A stretch of 64,000 nt of DNA. Origin: Lama glama (taxonomy: Eukaryota). Location: contig CM052817.1 of NCBI GenBank assembly GCA_028534125.1, positions 13,642,001-13,706,000 of the forward strand. Reading direction: 5' to 3'. Shown here piece after piece: positions 1 to 14,569 of this stretch; position 1 is the first letter of the stretch; every line of letters begins with the position of its first letter. The notes below the pieces were generated by a model, which was not told the DNA's origin, did not search any database, and saw only the letters and a program-made list of their open reading frames with translations. The position numbers and the translations under genes are program-made.

Positions 1-1927
1 ATTAACATTGCTTGGGTACAGTGCTGGGGATTAATCCTTCACAGCTGTGGGATGCCAGGCAAAACTGAAATCCAACCACCATGGAACATGTCAAAATCAG
101 TAGGTCTATAGAAATCTCTAAATGATGACTTTGGCCAGAGGGAAAAGATTCCATTTACTGCCTGCTGTAGGGAGTTTGGCTGATAGCACTGAAGAGGGAA
201 GAAAGGTTTAAAATAAGATATTTTTCATGTACACTAAAGCCATTATTCAAGAACAGCATAAGAGGACAGTCACAAGAGCAAATGGATGTCATGGTTCATA
301 TCTTGGCTTCTGACAATAGGTGGCCATAGTAACTTCCGTAATTTTAAGTTAATTATATTTAGCAGTATGTGTTCACTGTCTTCTGTTTTCACAATGGCTA
401 CCCTATAATGATATACACTTAGCATTTAACTTGTGGTTTTAGGCAGTGACTTATAGGCTTATATACAAATGGACATAGGTTAAGGTTTAGTTCTACAATG
501 CTCAAATTGTATCTGCAAGAAAGAGTTTGGATGAGAATTGTTGAAAACTAGTATAAGCTAACTCATAAAGAAGACTGATTTATTAAAGTTCTTCCTCCTT
601 CTATCTTCAGTCTTTCTCTTCCTCCTTTACCTGAAAAACTCCTAGTCATCCCTCAAAGCCCATGATGCTATCTCTCTTTGAAGCTTTCTTCAGCCCCAGT
701 AAACACAGTTTGTTGCTTTGTCTTTGTTTTTATCACACCAGTTCCATCACACTTTATGATGTTTCTCTTTATGTATCTCTTCCCAAATTGAACTCTGAAA
801 GGAAGGAAACTGTATCATTAATGGAATCAGTACATGGTTGTTAAAAATGGGCTATTCAACCAGACAGCCTGTGCTCAAACACAGGTTCCACAGCTGTCCA
901 ACTTTGGGTATAATCCTTAAAAACATCTGTAAAGTGAGGAAAATAGGAATATCTACTCTGTTGTGTTATCGCAAGGATTAAATGTCTTGCTTAATGTCAG
1001 GCATATAGTACATGCATTGTGATTGTGCATAAAAAAGAAGAAGAAATTCCATAACAAATATCCACGTCTAAAGTGTTTACTTTTACTTTTGCAAGGTTCT
1101 TTGTCAGCTCTTCAAATAATTCTGAAGAAATAGGTGCACATATAATGAAAGCATGTGTGCAGAGACTGAGCTTGAATGCCCCCTTATTCCAAATCAGAGT
1201 TTCTTCAACGAGCTTCCACTTAATTTCCCTAAAATATTTTATAAGAAGTCAAGACCATTTGTAAAGATATTTCTACCCTACAGAGTTCTAAAACAGAATT
1301 CAGGCAAGGAATAGTGGCTACAGTTGGCTAGGTTTGTATTAAATGACTTTCTTCAGAAACATTTTGACAAAATTAGGTACAGCCTGGGAAGCAATAAAGA
1401 ATCTGTTCTTCTCATTCACTGAAAACTTCATTAGCTGACTCTCCTGTGTTCTGCTGGTCCTAGAGACACTAGGTACTGGTTTCTGTTCTGTCTCCTATGT
1501 ACACCTGTTTGGTAGTGAATTTTTTACCCAGAAAAGATTTCATTATATGCACAGGGTGTGCGAACCCAGGTATATGTGCAGGGAATGGGGATTCACGCAA
1601 AGCAACCCCCTCTTCCTGAGAAGGACCCCATGTAGCTACAACCCACTGAAAACTCTGACCAGAATGGATTTGTTCGTTCAACTAGGACTGAGCACTACAA
1701 ACTTCTGGCACTATTTTCAGGACTAGGAATCCAGTAGCGAACTACCCAGAAGTATAAACAACTAAACAGACCATAAGCAAATTAAAGTCTATTAGAAAAT
1801 AAAGACGTACATTGGGGACACATGAAACAGAAGAGGGGTCAGATGTCCTGGAAGAAATGGTAGGAGGCATGCAGTTTTAAATGGGAAGATCAGGGAAGGT
1901 CCCATGGAGACTTCTGAGATTTTTGAT

Positions 1928-2283
1928 CACATGTGACTGAATGCTTGTAGTCCCCCAAATTTATAGGTTGAAACTGTAATCCCAACTTGATGGTATTTGC
2001 ATGTGGGCCTTTGGGAAGTAGTTAGGTCATGAGGGTGGAACCCTCATGAATGGGGCTGGTGCACTTATAAGAAGAGGGCAGATAGCGAGGCAGCTCTTTT
2101 CCCACCATGAGAGGATACAGTGAGAAGCCGTCAGCCTGCCACCAGGAAGAGGGTTCTTACAGAAACTGACCATGCTGGTGCCCTAATCTCAGACGTCCAG
2201 CCTCCAGAACGATAAGAATAACATTTGTTGTTTCAGCCACCCAGTCTACGGTCATTTGTTATAGCAGCTAAAGGACCGAGACA
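1928..2283 (+). mobile_element. MLT1A-like MaLR solo LTR
   Basis: cccccaaatttataggttgaaac...ggtcatgagggtggaaccctcatgaatggg...cagcctccagaac...ttgttatagcagc...gagaca. Confidence 0.88.
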
Positions 2284-2907
2284 ATGTTTATGAAACATAT
2301 GTGTCAAAGAGTTTTTGTATTTCTGAAAAGAGACTGTTCTTCTTTTGTTTAACTTATGTCATGGGAAAGAAATGTCCTTAAACATTGGCCTATGTAATAA
2401 ATGTTGAGTATTGAGGAATATTTTTTCATTGCTTTTCTACTCTATAAATAGCAATGAATTTCTCAGGCCAAAAAATATTAGGGCTCAAGAAAAAATAAAA
2501 TAGAACTTAAGAATTCAGTAAAAATTGAGTTTATGTTTACTAGTTTTTCAATAATAATTCCCAAGGCCAATCTAAAATTCAAGGGAACAAATTATTTTTA
2601 CATTTGGGATCATTTAATAAGCAAAGGGAATGTTTAGAAAAATCTCTGAAAGCTCAAATAAAGAAAATATCCCTAAACTAAAGAAGTATTCAACTTCATC
2701 AAGGCTCTGCCCCCGTGTTCCACCAGACTACACAAAATCCTCTTTGTGCATAAAGGCTCAATTTCTGAGAGTTTGAAAGGCGCTATGGTTTTGAGAAATA
2801 AATAAATTGATCTCCAGTGAAAATGAGAGTTCCAAAACTCATCAGAGACAACAATTCAAACTACTGCTGAAAATGAACGAACAGTGTACATTTGGAACAT
2901 ACGCAGA

Positions 2908-2908
2908 A

Positions 2909-2939
<31 letters not shown>

Positions 2940-2940
2940 T
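2908..2940. repeat. (TTTTG)n microsatellite
   Basis: Directly visible. Confidence 0.9.
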
Positions 2941-5900
2941 AATGGAAATTGACTTCAGTAACTCAGATTTCCATTACTGTTACATAAACTTAAATTGCCT
3001 TGTAATCACCTGGGTGCTTATTAAAAAATGCAAAATGCTAGGTCCAGTCCCAAGATGTGAATGTGAAAATAGAACCAGGGAATCTGCATGAGAATCGAGC
3101 ACCCCGGATATTCGGGCCCCAGGGGTCCCCAGATGGAAAACAATGGTCCCTGGAATGCAATGAAAACAAAGAAACAAAAAAATCCACTTCTACTGAGGAA
3201 ATATTAATGCACTGCACACAAGCTCACGGATATTTTCACACGCTTTGACTAGCAGTGGCTTTATAATTAACAGTCCATGTGAGCTTTAACCCACACAGCT
3301 AGCACTTTTATCTGGAGATTATCAAAAGGTCAGTGTTAGGCAAAAGTATCCTTTTCCCACCTTTTGGTTTCTATGACAACGCATCCTCCCTAAACCACCC
3401 TGGCATCACTTGACCCTCATTTTCTCCCTCCTTGGGGAGAAATGATTAAACTGATTAGTAAATTTGAAAAGGATAACTTCCCCGCTCTGCTTAATTTCTC
3501 TCTTTTGTCATTCTGAAAGCAAACTGCCAACAAGAAGCAGGACCCTCCTGTGCTCTTCCAAGCCTGAGTCTCCCGAGGCAGCACCATCCTACCCATGCTG
3601 TGTGCTGGGGGTCCATCCAGGGCAGCATCACCTCCGACTGAGAGTCCCAAGTCTGCCTAATTCTGGACCAGTCAGCAGGACCACGTGGCTCTCACACTGG
3701 GCTCAGCCTCCGACCTGGTTTCTTTCATTAACAGATCATATTAACACACTGCATCCTCCATCTCCCACTATTTCATCTTAGTTCTTATTCCTTCAGAACA
3801 AAGTGGGGGTAAAAAAAGGGATGCTGTCTGGCTCCTTTCAAAACCTTCAGAGTCAGAATAAGGGCTACTGTTAGATATCTATGTAGGCTTCAGAGTAGCA
3901 ATGGTGGTCATCGATCCAAACGTTGAAACCGACAAGATACATTTGTACCATTTTATTTAAAAATAAACCTAAAAAGTTTTATTTCTTTTATCATTTTATT
4001 CATTCAGTAGCAAACAAAAGGAAACTAAAAGTAAAAATTCATACTATCCAAATCACATGTTGAACTGTTGAAAATTACTTAAAAATGTATAGATAAATTA
4101 TGATATATGACTGACTCCCAATCTCAGCATTAGGATGTTTACTCAAATCTCTAAAGTGTCGCTGAACTCATCTATTATCCACCTGATCTGGACTTACAAT
4201 AAAGCATAAACATTTAGTTAGAATACGCTGACAGAACAATATTGGGGAGTCATTTCATTTCTCTAACCTTCAGTTTATTCATCTGTAAATGATAAAATGA
4301 TAAAGGAAATGATCTCTTTGTAAATTTGAGGCAAAAACAAAATGGGCATACATAGCATAGTGATTTATAAGTAAGAAAGTACCATTATGAATTGTTTCTT
4401 TTATGAAATAGTATCCCCATTACTCAAGAATTTGATTTTTTTCAAGGAACTATGTAACTCTGCTATATGTATTCCTCCACATTAAACAGCAATGATGCAT
4501 TGAGGAAAGCCTGCATGCACTAGGAAAGATGCTGTATGTGCTGTGGATAATAAATATGAGCACATGCTTCCTGCGCTCAAGAAACTTTTATTAAAAAGAA
4601 GAGAATAGGAGAGTGGCATTTTGTACAGTAAAAGTCATAAGGAAAGAGGAGATTAAAGAAATGAAAAGAGAATGGGCTCGACTTTAAAGACAGCCTTGAC
4701 TCACCTGGATGGAAGGGAGAAGGCAGGTAATTTCAGGGAGGCAGAATCTGCCAGGGGTGCACATGCCGTGAGTGCTGGGGAAGTCGGGCAAGATGATTTC
4801 CTGCCCTTTGGTAAGCAGCTCACTAAGCATCATCCTGTTTCTTTAACATAAACAAAATGCATGCCAGCTTTTTAAATGTGTTTTTTGGTAGGAATGTGGC
4901 AGAAATACGGTTTTTTAAAATCTCCATAAAAATATCCCTTTGGATTTTTTCTTTTAACCAACTTTTCTAGCCTTTGAAGGACAAACAGAGCTAATATGGA
5001 GCAAGTAGTATCTTATGGGGTAAGGCATTTATCATTATATTAGAAAATGTCTGGGGAAGATGAGTTTAATTAGAAGGCACATTACATCAGTATTCTCTAG
5101 CGGCATATGGATTCTGGAGAAGGAAATCTCTCATTTCTTTACTCTGTTTCAAAGACCAGTTGAAAATAATCCTATAACCAAAGGTAGAAGAGAAGGTAGA
5201 GAGAAGGAAGTTGGAATGTCATTAAGTTTTACCTCTCCACCTGTGGTTTGCATCTACCCTTCCCCAGCATAGTTTTGAATATGGTCAGCACTCAATCATA
5301 TTTAGGAGAAGGTACACAAAGAAGCAAAGCAAGGAAAGGATGGCCAGAGTTAGTCAATTCCTAGCCTACACCCCTGCCTATATCCGGCACTGGCCTCAGA
5401 ACCATAATGCACTTGATGCATCAGTAGGCTGTCTGTGCCTTACTGTGCAGAACATAAGCCAAGTCCCAGGCGAAGAACACGGTACTATAAGGAAATACCA
5501 CTAATGGCACCATTTACAATGAAATGAGTGACAGTTCTCGAAGAGGAGGTGACATGGCATAGATGTCATGGCACATGGTCTCCAGTAACCCTTGTCCACT
5601 TGAAAACCTGTCCTCCTTTCCCAGCCTGACAGGAGCTGACAGGCTTTCCTTAAATAATTATTCCAGGGTTTAAATTGTTCCCTAAAGAAAAGACATAATC
5701 AGGTCCCTCTGGAATGTGGTAGGGTGAGGAGTCTCGTCTTCATGGAATAATTTCTGGAGTCACCTTAGTCAGCCATTGGAAAGAACAGTTCTTATTATTG
5801 GAAAATATGTGTATCTGAAATAGGTAGGCAGGTCAACTGGGAACTTTACAAAGATTTTGCAGCTCCAGAATTTCCCTGCTGATTTTGCATTTCCCTTGAA

Positions 5901-8289
5901 TACACCCACAAAATGCTAACCTATATGTTAGTTTTATTGTTGTGTATTCTGGAAGAAATACACAGCAACGCGGAAGACAGTTTACTATTTTGAGCATTGT
6001 ATTTTTAGTATAAAATCTTGTTAGGGACACACAGCTTATGTGTAAACTTGTAATGAGGTCCATTCTCCAAGAGTTTCGCTCTACAACCTCTGTTGTCATG
6101 AAGGAATGCATTTGGCTAATCAATTCCCTCTGTGTCTCCTTGAACGTTTGCAATAAATAACAGGAAGGAGTTAATTCTGCTTTTCACTCAGGTGATGTTT
6201 AACAGCGTCTGCTAATTTCTCTTCAATGCATCAGTGATATTTAGGAATTGCTGAATATAGTGAAGACAGATGTGGGATTTGGGTGTTTGTTCAGGTGCTT
6301 CTGGCTTCGAATTATTTTATCATTATCCATTTTCCCCTGTAATTTGTTTAAATTTGGAATCATGTCACCAATTTACTTCATTGTTGCCAGGTCTTCAATA
6401 TTCTCCTGTTTATTCATAATAGAGACTTTCTGTGACCAACTCATTAATAACCATGAGTTTACTGAGATATAAAGCCACTCATGTACTTAATTCTATTCAA
6501 ATGGATGTCTGGGAAAGTACCTGCCCCCAATATATTACCTTGACCTTACTAATCCAGGAGCCTTACAGTATTTCTTCACGTGTAGAGATTTAGAAAACAA
6601 ACAAACAATAAAACTTTAAGGAAGGTTAGAGTGGAGAAAACATCAGTTCTAGCTTCTGAAGCCTGTGGCCGATTTTAATTCTGCCGTCTGGTTACCTAAA
6701 AGTGAAACAAGTTCCTTAGCCCCTTTGTACACATTTCTTCATCAATAAAAGTGGGTATACAAAATACCTATGGGCTATCTGACACGTGCAGAACCCAGCC
6801 TAGTGTAAGCTGCAACACAAAGTGTTCAGAATCGGCATAAAGAAAATTATGGTTTTGGCAGCTCTGTTCACAACGCCTGGGATCGTCCTACTAGCACTTA
6901 TGCAAGAAGAGGAGACTGAAGTAATCATTAGAAAATTTGAGTTACAATATGGTGTGTTGCCTTCTCTCAAAATTATTCTATGTCTCAAAAATCACTCTAC
7001 AAGTTTGGAGATCTATGAGTTTGGCATTTTGATGATCTCCATCTAATGTCTGAGGAAACTGAGGTACAAGAGTTTCGGTGATTTGCATAGGACCCACAGT
7101 CAGCGTATTTCAGGGGTAGGATTTGCCCGATGTCTGTCTATTTTCAAGGTTCAGCGTCTCCCAACCTCAGTACTGTCCCGTCCCTACAGCCAAGTACTAC
7201 CCTTAGTTCACAGAGGGGCTCAGTGTAACTCAGGACTTCCTCATGGCAGGTAAGAGGAGGGAGTCTGACTGGACGGGCTTTCACACCTTCCTCCTCAAAG
7301 CATCTCTGATCCTTAGTTCCAGACTTTGTCACAGGAGCAACATGCCCGACATTTTCACTTGAGATGAACACAGGCATACCTCTAAAAAGAGACAGTACTC
7401 TCCCTCCCTGCCATTTAAATTTATCTCAGGCAAATGCATATATAAGTAAGGCTCAGGAAATAGTTCTTAATAATAGCAATGATTTTATGTATTCCAACTT
7501 TCCTCCTAAACCCATTTGGGCCCAGGAATTGCTTCATCTAGGGAAAAACTGTCTTCTTTTCACTAAAAAAGCTGATGTCTACTAAACGTCAGCCCTGATG
7601 GCTGAGATGGGCATGGTGATTCACAAGAGGTGAAGATCACTGCACAAAGGGAGGCATCCTGATTGACAAGAGAGCTGAACAGGAAGAGCATCTTCAAGCT
7701 ACAACGTGAACGTTGCATCTTCACAAAATTATGATTCTTCATGTTGGTTTAAAAGGCATTAGCAACTCATCCCTAAGACACAGTTTTAAAATTACCACTG
7801 AGTTTGCCAAAATGGTCTTTCGTGTCCACCTTCAAAAGGTCAACCTTCAAAAATGTCCCCTAATCAACAGGACATGGCGGTAGAGCAGTGAGGACAAACC
7901 ACTGGACTCTACATCACAGCAGGGCAAGAAAACTTGTGCCACTGCTCTGAAAAGCAATCTTATCTCAAATATACGTCAGGATACTTGATACAGTCCATTC
8001 TCTTGTTCCATTCACTGTTCTTCTAAAGCTCTATCCTAAGAATATAATTCTAAATATATAAGCAACTTCACATACAAAGGTTTTATTATAGGATTTTTCA
8101 AGTGCTAGACAAAATGCAAGTAACTTACATGCTCTACAATCAGGGTAAGTGATTTATATCACACACATTTATAGAATCTAATATAGGCATTAAAATATTT
8201 ATGAAGGATCTACAATCTAATATAAAAAGATTTCTGCTGTTGAATTTAAACCTACATAAAATTTTATACATACAGTAATATTATGAAAT

Positions 8290-8460
8290 TTAAAGGAACA
8301 AATCTGCATGTAGAAAAAAACTGAAAGGAAATAAGTAAAAATATTACCGGTGGTTATTCTTTGAATGGTGAGAATATGGGCGTTTTATTCATATTTCTTT
8401 CTTTTTGTATATTTATAAACTTCTTACAATGACTGTTTATTACTTAAATAATGGAAAAGC
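8290..8460 (+). mobile_element. Old L1M (L1ME/MC-like) 3'-end fragment
   Basis: gaaaaaaactgaaaggaaataagtaaaaatattaccggtggttattctttgaatggtgagaatatgggcg... resembles the L1ME/MC terminus. Confidence 0.6.
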
Positions 8461-8603
8461 ATACCTTTTCCTACCACTCATGTTTGCAATTGGAAACTCA
8501 TGTTTCCAATGCTATCATCTTTTCACATTTAAATGCAGTTTAATGACTTATAAATATATGTTTATAAAGAGATTTACAAATTGTGTTTGATCATTCCTCA
8601 ACC

Positions 8604-8832
8604 CAGTGGTTCTCAAAGTGGTGGGAGGTGATTTTGCCTGTTCTCCTTCACCCTGGGAGATTCAGCAGGGCCTGGGGACACTTGGTTGTCTCAGTTTGGA
8701 GAAAGGTACTACCAGCATTTAGTAGGTAGAAGCCTGGGATTCTCCCAATGGCCCTATCATGCATAGGACAGCACCCACAACAAAAAATTACCCAGCCGAA
8801 AATGCCAGGAGTGCTGAAGCTGAGAAACCCTG
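8604..8832. mobile_element. MER20-like hAT-Charlie MITE
   Basis: TIRs cagtggttctca / tgagaaaccctg; internal gcataggacagcacccacaacaaaaaattacccagcc. Confidence 0.87.
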
Positions 8833-8939
8833 CCTTAGAAAAACATTATATTGTCTAAACATTGTAGTAATTCAAGACTGTAATGGGAACTCTCTTTATT
8901 ACCAGAACCTCTTACTATAGTTGCCTATCTATTATCTAT

Positions 8940-9760
8940 CCATCCATCTACTCACCCACAAGACATTGAGGATATAGAGATAAGTGCTCCACCTATGTGA
9001 TGCTTGAAGTTTAGTGAAAGAGAAAAACACAGAAATCAAGAGTTGAATGTCACCTGAAGTGCTAAGATAGAGTGCTCTGGGATAATAGCAATGGGCACTT
9101 CAGCTAGCCAGGTGGTTCAAGGGAGGCTTTCTGGAACAGATGGTTCCTGATCTGAGCTTGAAGGATAAGAAGAAGTTAATCAGGTGAAGACCAGTGAGAA
9201 TTTCACTCTAAAGGAAGGACAGTGACAGTACAGGCAAAGGCATGACACATGAAATAGCACGGGGTGCTTGGGAAATGATGAGTTTGATACCCATGGGACA
9301 TAAAATGGGCACAGGTGAGGGTGGCGAACAGGCAGAGAGGCCTCAAGGAAGTCAAAAAATGCTTCCCAGAGAAGGAAGAATGTGAACTTAGAGCTTAAAG
9401 TTGAAATGATGTCTCCAGGAATATGAGGAGGGAAGGGCATTCTAAGAGAGAGAGCAGTATGTGCAAAATTTGGGTAGTTGGAGATGACACAAAATGCTCA
9501 GGGAACTTCAGTAGAGTGTTGCTGGAACATGAATTTGGGAATAAAAGGAAATAGAAGGATAAACGACCAGAGATGATGTTGGACAAGTAGGCACTGGTCT
9601 GATCCTGACCTTTGTATCACAGGCAAGGACATGGAGATGTTATTTTATAAGTGAAACAGAAGAACCTTGAGCATCAGCTCAGTTGCTATGTCCTAAAAGT
9701 TTTCTCTTTTGAGAATATGAAGTCAGGTTGGAAGAACATGGGAAGGGATGGGATTAAGAT
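8940..9760 (-). mobile_element. L2 relic(s)
   Basis: agggaggctttctggaacagatggttcctgatctgagcttgaaggataagaagaagttaatcagg and similar L2 3'-region motifs. Confidence 0.65.
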
Positions 9761-10559
9761 GAGACAAGTATATTGATTTAAAGGGACAAGCCATCAAAGA
9801 TGAAGTGAGACACTCACTGATATGTATTTATTGAGCCTCCATGATATACTTTGTACTGCTTTGGACCCTGTGGAAACCTGGGGAAAATTCACCCTGTGCA
9901 GAGGTAGAGTGGTCCCTTTCCACTATCTGAGGGGAAAATGAATGGACACAAATTATATGGCTTGGGGAACAGTGCACAAAGGCTTATTATTATCCGTTAC
10001 ATGCTGTACGACATACATCAGGACTGACTGAATTCAGATTAAGGACAGAATGTGGGATTAGAGACAGGGTAGATTTTGATCTGGGTTGAAATGGGGAAAT
10101 ATGGGTGGCATTTGGGTAAGAGAAGGCATTGTGGGAGAAAAGAGAAGAATGTGAGGACTTAGAAACTGGGATCAACATGCATTTTGCATGAAAATGCAAA
10201 ATTAGGTTTTATCAATTGTCTGTAGTTCCCAAGGATGTGTGATGCTGAGTGCTAGAACAGTCATTTAGATTTAGCTTAAAGGTCACCTCTATGAGTCCTT
10301 TCTGAAGTTCCCCATCTTCTAAATAGTCAGTTTCTTATGTCCCACTACTCCCTGTACAAATTTGAAACCAGGGAAATTTACTAAACCAATTTGTCTGCAT
10401 GTAAATCCCTCTTAGCCAAAACTGTGCCTTTAAGTCCCCAAGCACAGCACCTGGTACACAGATCACTTTTAAAAATCGTTATTTCATGGATAATTGAATG
10501 AATGGCCATATTTAGTAAGAAGTATGATGGAAGTGAAAAACAAAGACAGCAATGACACT

Positions 10560-10815
10560 AACGCTATAAGTAATATAAAATATTTGGTAAGCTCGGGGTT
10601 CCAGGCATTGTGCTAAGCATGATTTTAACAAATATCATTGAATTTATTTCTCACAATAATCCTATGAGGTAGGATTATTGTTATTCTCCCCATTTTTGAG
10701 AGAACTGACGTTCAAGGTAGTCATAAACTTTTCCAAGACAATGTAGACCATCAAAAACAGAGCTAAGAACTGACTTCAGGTCTGCCTCATTTCAAAGAAT
10801 ATGAACTTACTCACT
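10560..10815. mobile_element. MIR SINE (other MIR relics at ~860-1010, 4200-4300, 7000-7140, 12010-12210, 16430-16580, 20420-20590, 20900-21060, 37240-37440, 38380-38520, 43130-43240, 47540-47700, 56840-56950)
   Basis: ccaggcattgtgctaagcat...tctcacaataatcctatgaggtaggattattgttattctccccattttt: MIR core. Confidence 0.8.
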
Positions 10816-11378
10816 ATTTACATATTTTTCATTTTCAAGAGAATTTAGACTTAAGGTGACTTTATCGTTTTTCAAAAAAGTTTGTTGATCCAATGTATTT
10901 GTCCTTGACCCAAAAGACTCAATGTAACACAATACTCTAAAGACCAGTTTACCTTGAAGATTTGAAATGTGTCTTTAATAAGCCCACAAGAGTTTATAAA
11001 CTCAATGAAAAAGGCAAGCGGCAATGAAACCCAGACAAAAATCAATAAGAAAGGGAGACCCTAACTGTCTAGCTCCAGTATTGACTCACTACATAACACA
11101 ATCACATGAATGGCTTAAGCTACATAGCAACCCTCTAAATTGGCCTAGAAATTGTGAAATTAGGGGAAGGGAAGACATTTTATTGCACAGACACCTACAT
11201 CCTAATTCAACTCACTTGCTAATTTGGCAGACAATTCCATCAACCCCAAAGAAGGACTAGACACCCCATCCACTCAGTGAGACTAAGGGCTCAACAAACC
11301 TGCACAAGTTTCCCAGAGGCAGCATCTCACCAGCCTGAGACCCCTTCTCAACTGGTTCCTTTGTTGCCAACTCTAGTC

Positions 11379-11703
11379 CGGGGGGTTGGTAAATTACAGC
11401 AAAAGGTCAAATCCACTCTGCTACCTGTTTTTGTATGATCTTTCAGCTGTGTTGTATGACATATACAATGGTTTGAAAAAATAATATTTTTTCAAGATTA
11501 AAAGATTCAAGATTAAAAAAGATAATATTTTGTGAAACAAGAAAGCTGTATGAAATTCAGTTTTGAGTCTCTATAAACATTTATTGAAACACAGTCACAT
11601 TCATTCATTTCAACATGTCTTGTGTCACAACAACAAAGTTGAGGAGTTAGACTGCATGACCCACAAAGGCTAAAATACGATAGAACAAGCTGACTGACAA
11701 TGG
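11379..11703. mobile_element. MER58-like hAT-Charlie MITE
   Basis: ggggttggtaaattacagc...tctataaacattttattgaaacacagtcacattcattcattt...ccacaaaggctaaaata. Confidence 0.75.
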
Positions 11704-11781
11704 TTCTAGAATAATGCTCAACAGGTGCCAAAGAACTCCACGAACGTCGTGGGTCTGGACTTTCAGACTTGTGGTGTAAGT

Positions 11782-11966
11782 CAGTGGTTCTCGAAATGTG
11801 CTCCGGACCAGCAGCACCAAGCCACGGTGAGAAATCACTCGAAATGCAAATTCTCAGACCCTAACCTAGATCTGTTGAATCTGAAACGCTTAGAGCAGGA
11901 ACTAGCAACCTGTGTTTTAACATGCATCCAGGTGATTCTGATACACAGAAAGCTTGAGAACCACTG
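11782..11966. mobile_element. MER5A hAT-Charlie MITE
   Basis: Perfect 11-bp TIRs cagtggttctc / gagaaccactg; internal gaaatgcaaattctcag...caggtgattctgat. Confidence 0.9.
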
Positions 11967-12287
11967 ACATAATGCAAGGAATTTGAACGTGTTATCTTAG
12001 CCCATCATAATTACAAGCAAGGCACTGATTAGCTTTTATTTGTATTCCAAGTCCTGAGCTAGATCTCTCACTTGTATTATTCCCTACTAATCTTGAAAGG
12101 TGGGATTGGTTAGCCTGACTTTACAGGAAAAGGAACTCAAGATCAGGAAGGTTAAGTGACTTGCTCAAAGTTACTGAGTCAGGACTTAACGTCAGAGCTA
12201 ACTTGCCTCACTTGACTCTGCCCTCCTCCTTGTCGTGTGAGGAGGGAGAGCAGCCCAGAGATCCTGAGGGAGGCTTCAGCAATCTCC

Positions 12288-12755
12288 TGTTGAATATAAA
12301 CAATGGCACAGAATGTCAACACCAGACAAGACCACTCCATACCTACGACTGAGCAAGATAACAGCAAGATTACACCATAATCACATCAAGAGAAGGCAAA
12401 ACATGAAATTTGTTTAAACCACAAAAACAACCAAATATCTGCCATTCTCATTAATGTAGCTTGTTCTTTGCCAATTACTGCTTTAGCCTCTGTCCAGTCT
12501 TTTAAGTCTGTATCAGATTTATTAAGCCAATTACCCTGGCTTCTTGACTTCACTCAACCCAGAACAAAGCACAGCTTCCTAAATCATAATCCCCTAACAC
12601 AAGTCCAAATCCCGTAAGTCTTTTCTAACACTCCATTACCAAACGCCCCACAGTTCTCCATCGTGTGTGTTCTCCCTTTCTGCAAAAAGGAAAGAAGCCA
12701 AATTGTTTGACCACAGGTGTGTTCCTTATGATCTTTGGCTGGATATCATTGAAAT
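12288..12755 (+). mobile_element. ERVL-type solo LTR (MER73/MER74-like)
   Basis: TG start, aatgtcaacaccagacaagaccactcc..., ending in ccaaattgtttgaccacaggtgtgttccttatgatctttggctgga. Confidence 0.65.
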
Positions 12756-14014
12756 GTACAACCCCTCCACCCTCATTCTTCCTAAGATTCCAGCTTTCTG
12801 CTCCAGCCTGTGGTAGGAAGTGGCTTCCCAAAGTAAGCAAAACTGAAAAATAATAGTCCCCAAACTAGTCAGTTCCAAGTATGTTATCAAGTTAATTACA
12901 GACACTTAAATGGACTAATGATATCTTAAATTAATGGAATTTTTAGAACAAATGTGATCACAAATAATGACTTCAGGAAACTGCTTTTCTTAAAAATTCC
13001 TTCTTTTAGCTTCTAGTCTTTACTTATCAAAGTCTTTTGATCCCTCAACTCATCAGACTTCAAATGCCACCACCTTCATGCAGCCTTCCCTGAAATCTTC
13101 CAACTGGATGGGATGGCTCTTCTCTTTGTGTTTTCTAAAGCTCTTGATCCCTCTCACCAGACACTTTTTAATCTTGGATTAGTTATTCATGAGCTGTTTG
13201 GCCTTTACCTAATTTGCAAATGTCGTAAGGACAGTCAAATACCCCCTGTCCTCTGTTCCCCTTCACATAGTAGGTGCTTAGTGCGTATTTGGTCAATGTC
13301 ACTTAGACATCTAGATTTGTTTTTTCTAGCTGTGGAGTTGAAAGGTCTACTTTCCCAGCCAAATTAAAGTCCATCTAAGCTGGGCTTTTTCAGCTCACTG
13401 CTGGAGGTCTCATTTGAAATTATGGCCCAAGGCCAAAAGGTTCTAATGAACAGCTGTCTCAGATGCCTTTGGTGTGTGGGCATCTCTGCTTTGCAGGGGA
13501 ATTTTGGTGTGAAATCTTACTAGCAGAAAAAAAAAAAAGAAAGAGTAGAAACAAATCATAATCGACTCATCAACAGTTTCCAGGCTACTTTGGGAACTTG
13601 AAAGAGGCCCTAGAGGATCTCAGTCCTGCAGCACCAGTGTGCACTGGCACGACTACCCCACAGGAGTAAATTACACTCAGGCCGTAATTCTTTTAGTGAG
13701 TTCTACACACCAAGCACTGCGCTAGCTGGCAAGGTTCGTTACATAATCAAGGAGAGGGAACAGAACTATATTACTCCCCCTTCACATTTTATTTGTTGCT
13801 CCAGGACTTCCACATTTTATACCAAGTCCCTATGTTGTTATTACCTCACCTAGAGCCCTGCATATAGAACTTGTGCAAGCATCTTTCTGACATATGAAAT
13901 TGATAAACTTCTCTTCATCCATAAAATCCCATCTTAGAAGCCACCTCCTCTGGGGAGGCATCTCTGATCACTTCTGTCTCTTCCACTTGGGCTTAACAAG
14001 TAACAAAGTATGGT

Positions 14015-14100
14015 TAATCATTGCAGCTGGATGATGGGTACGTAAAAGCGCATTATACTATTCCCTGTACTTTTTGTGCGTAAAATTTTCCAAAATTAAA
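14015..14100 (+). mobile_element. Old L1M 3'-end fragment
   Basis: ctggatgatgggtacgtaaaagcgcattatactattccctgtacttttt...aaaattttccaaaattaaaa is typical of L1ME/MC 3' termini. Confidence 0.6.
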
Positions 14101-14108
14101 AAGTTCGA

Positions 14109-14268
14109 GCACAGAGAAATATACACAAAATGTTATGATAACTCACAGAGAAAAAAAATGTGACAATGAGTGTGTATATGTCCATGAATGACTGAAAAAT
14201 TGTGCTGAACACTGGAATTTGACACAACATTGTAAAATGATTATAAATCAATAAAAAATGTTAAAAAA
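14109..14268 (+). mobile_element. Very short 5'-truncated young L1 (same 3' UTR family as 54467-56821)
   Basis: Aligns with 56659-56821; flanked by aaaaagttcga (14098-14108) / aaatagttcga (14267-14277), a TSD. Confidence 0.9.
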
Positions 14269-14569
14269 ATAGTTCGAAATAATTGAACACCTTGCAAGAT
14301 GTCAGATATATTTTTCAGAATTTTAAAGTCCCCACCATAAACAAAGCTACTATATCTGCAGCTACAACCTCTGTGTGCCCCAGATATCTTTCTTTTCTCA
14401 TAAGAACTCTATTTAAAGCTAAACAACATTGCCCTGAAATTGAAAAAAAAAAATGCCACTTCAGAACAGGTGCAGGTCAAGGATATTATACTAAACATGA
14501 ATTTCTGGAAAAACTGGAAATTGACAGTTTACAGTAAAGATTTTGTCAAGAAGGGCCATCTGTGGATTT

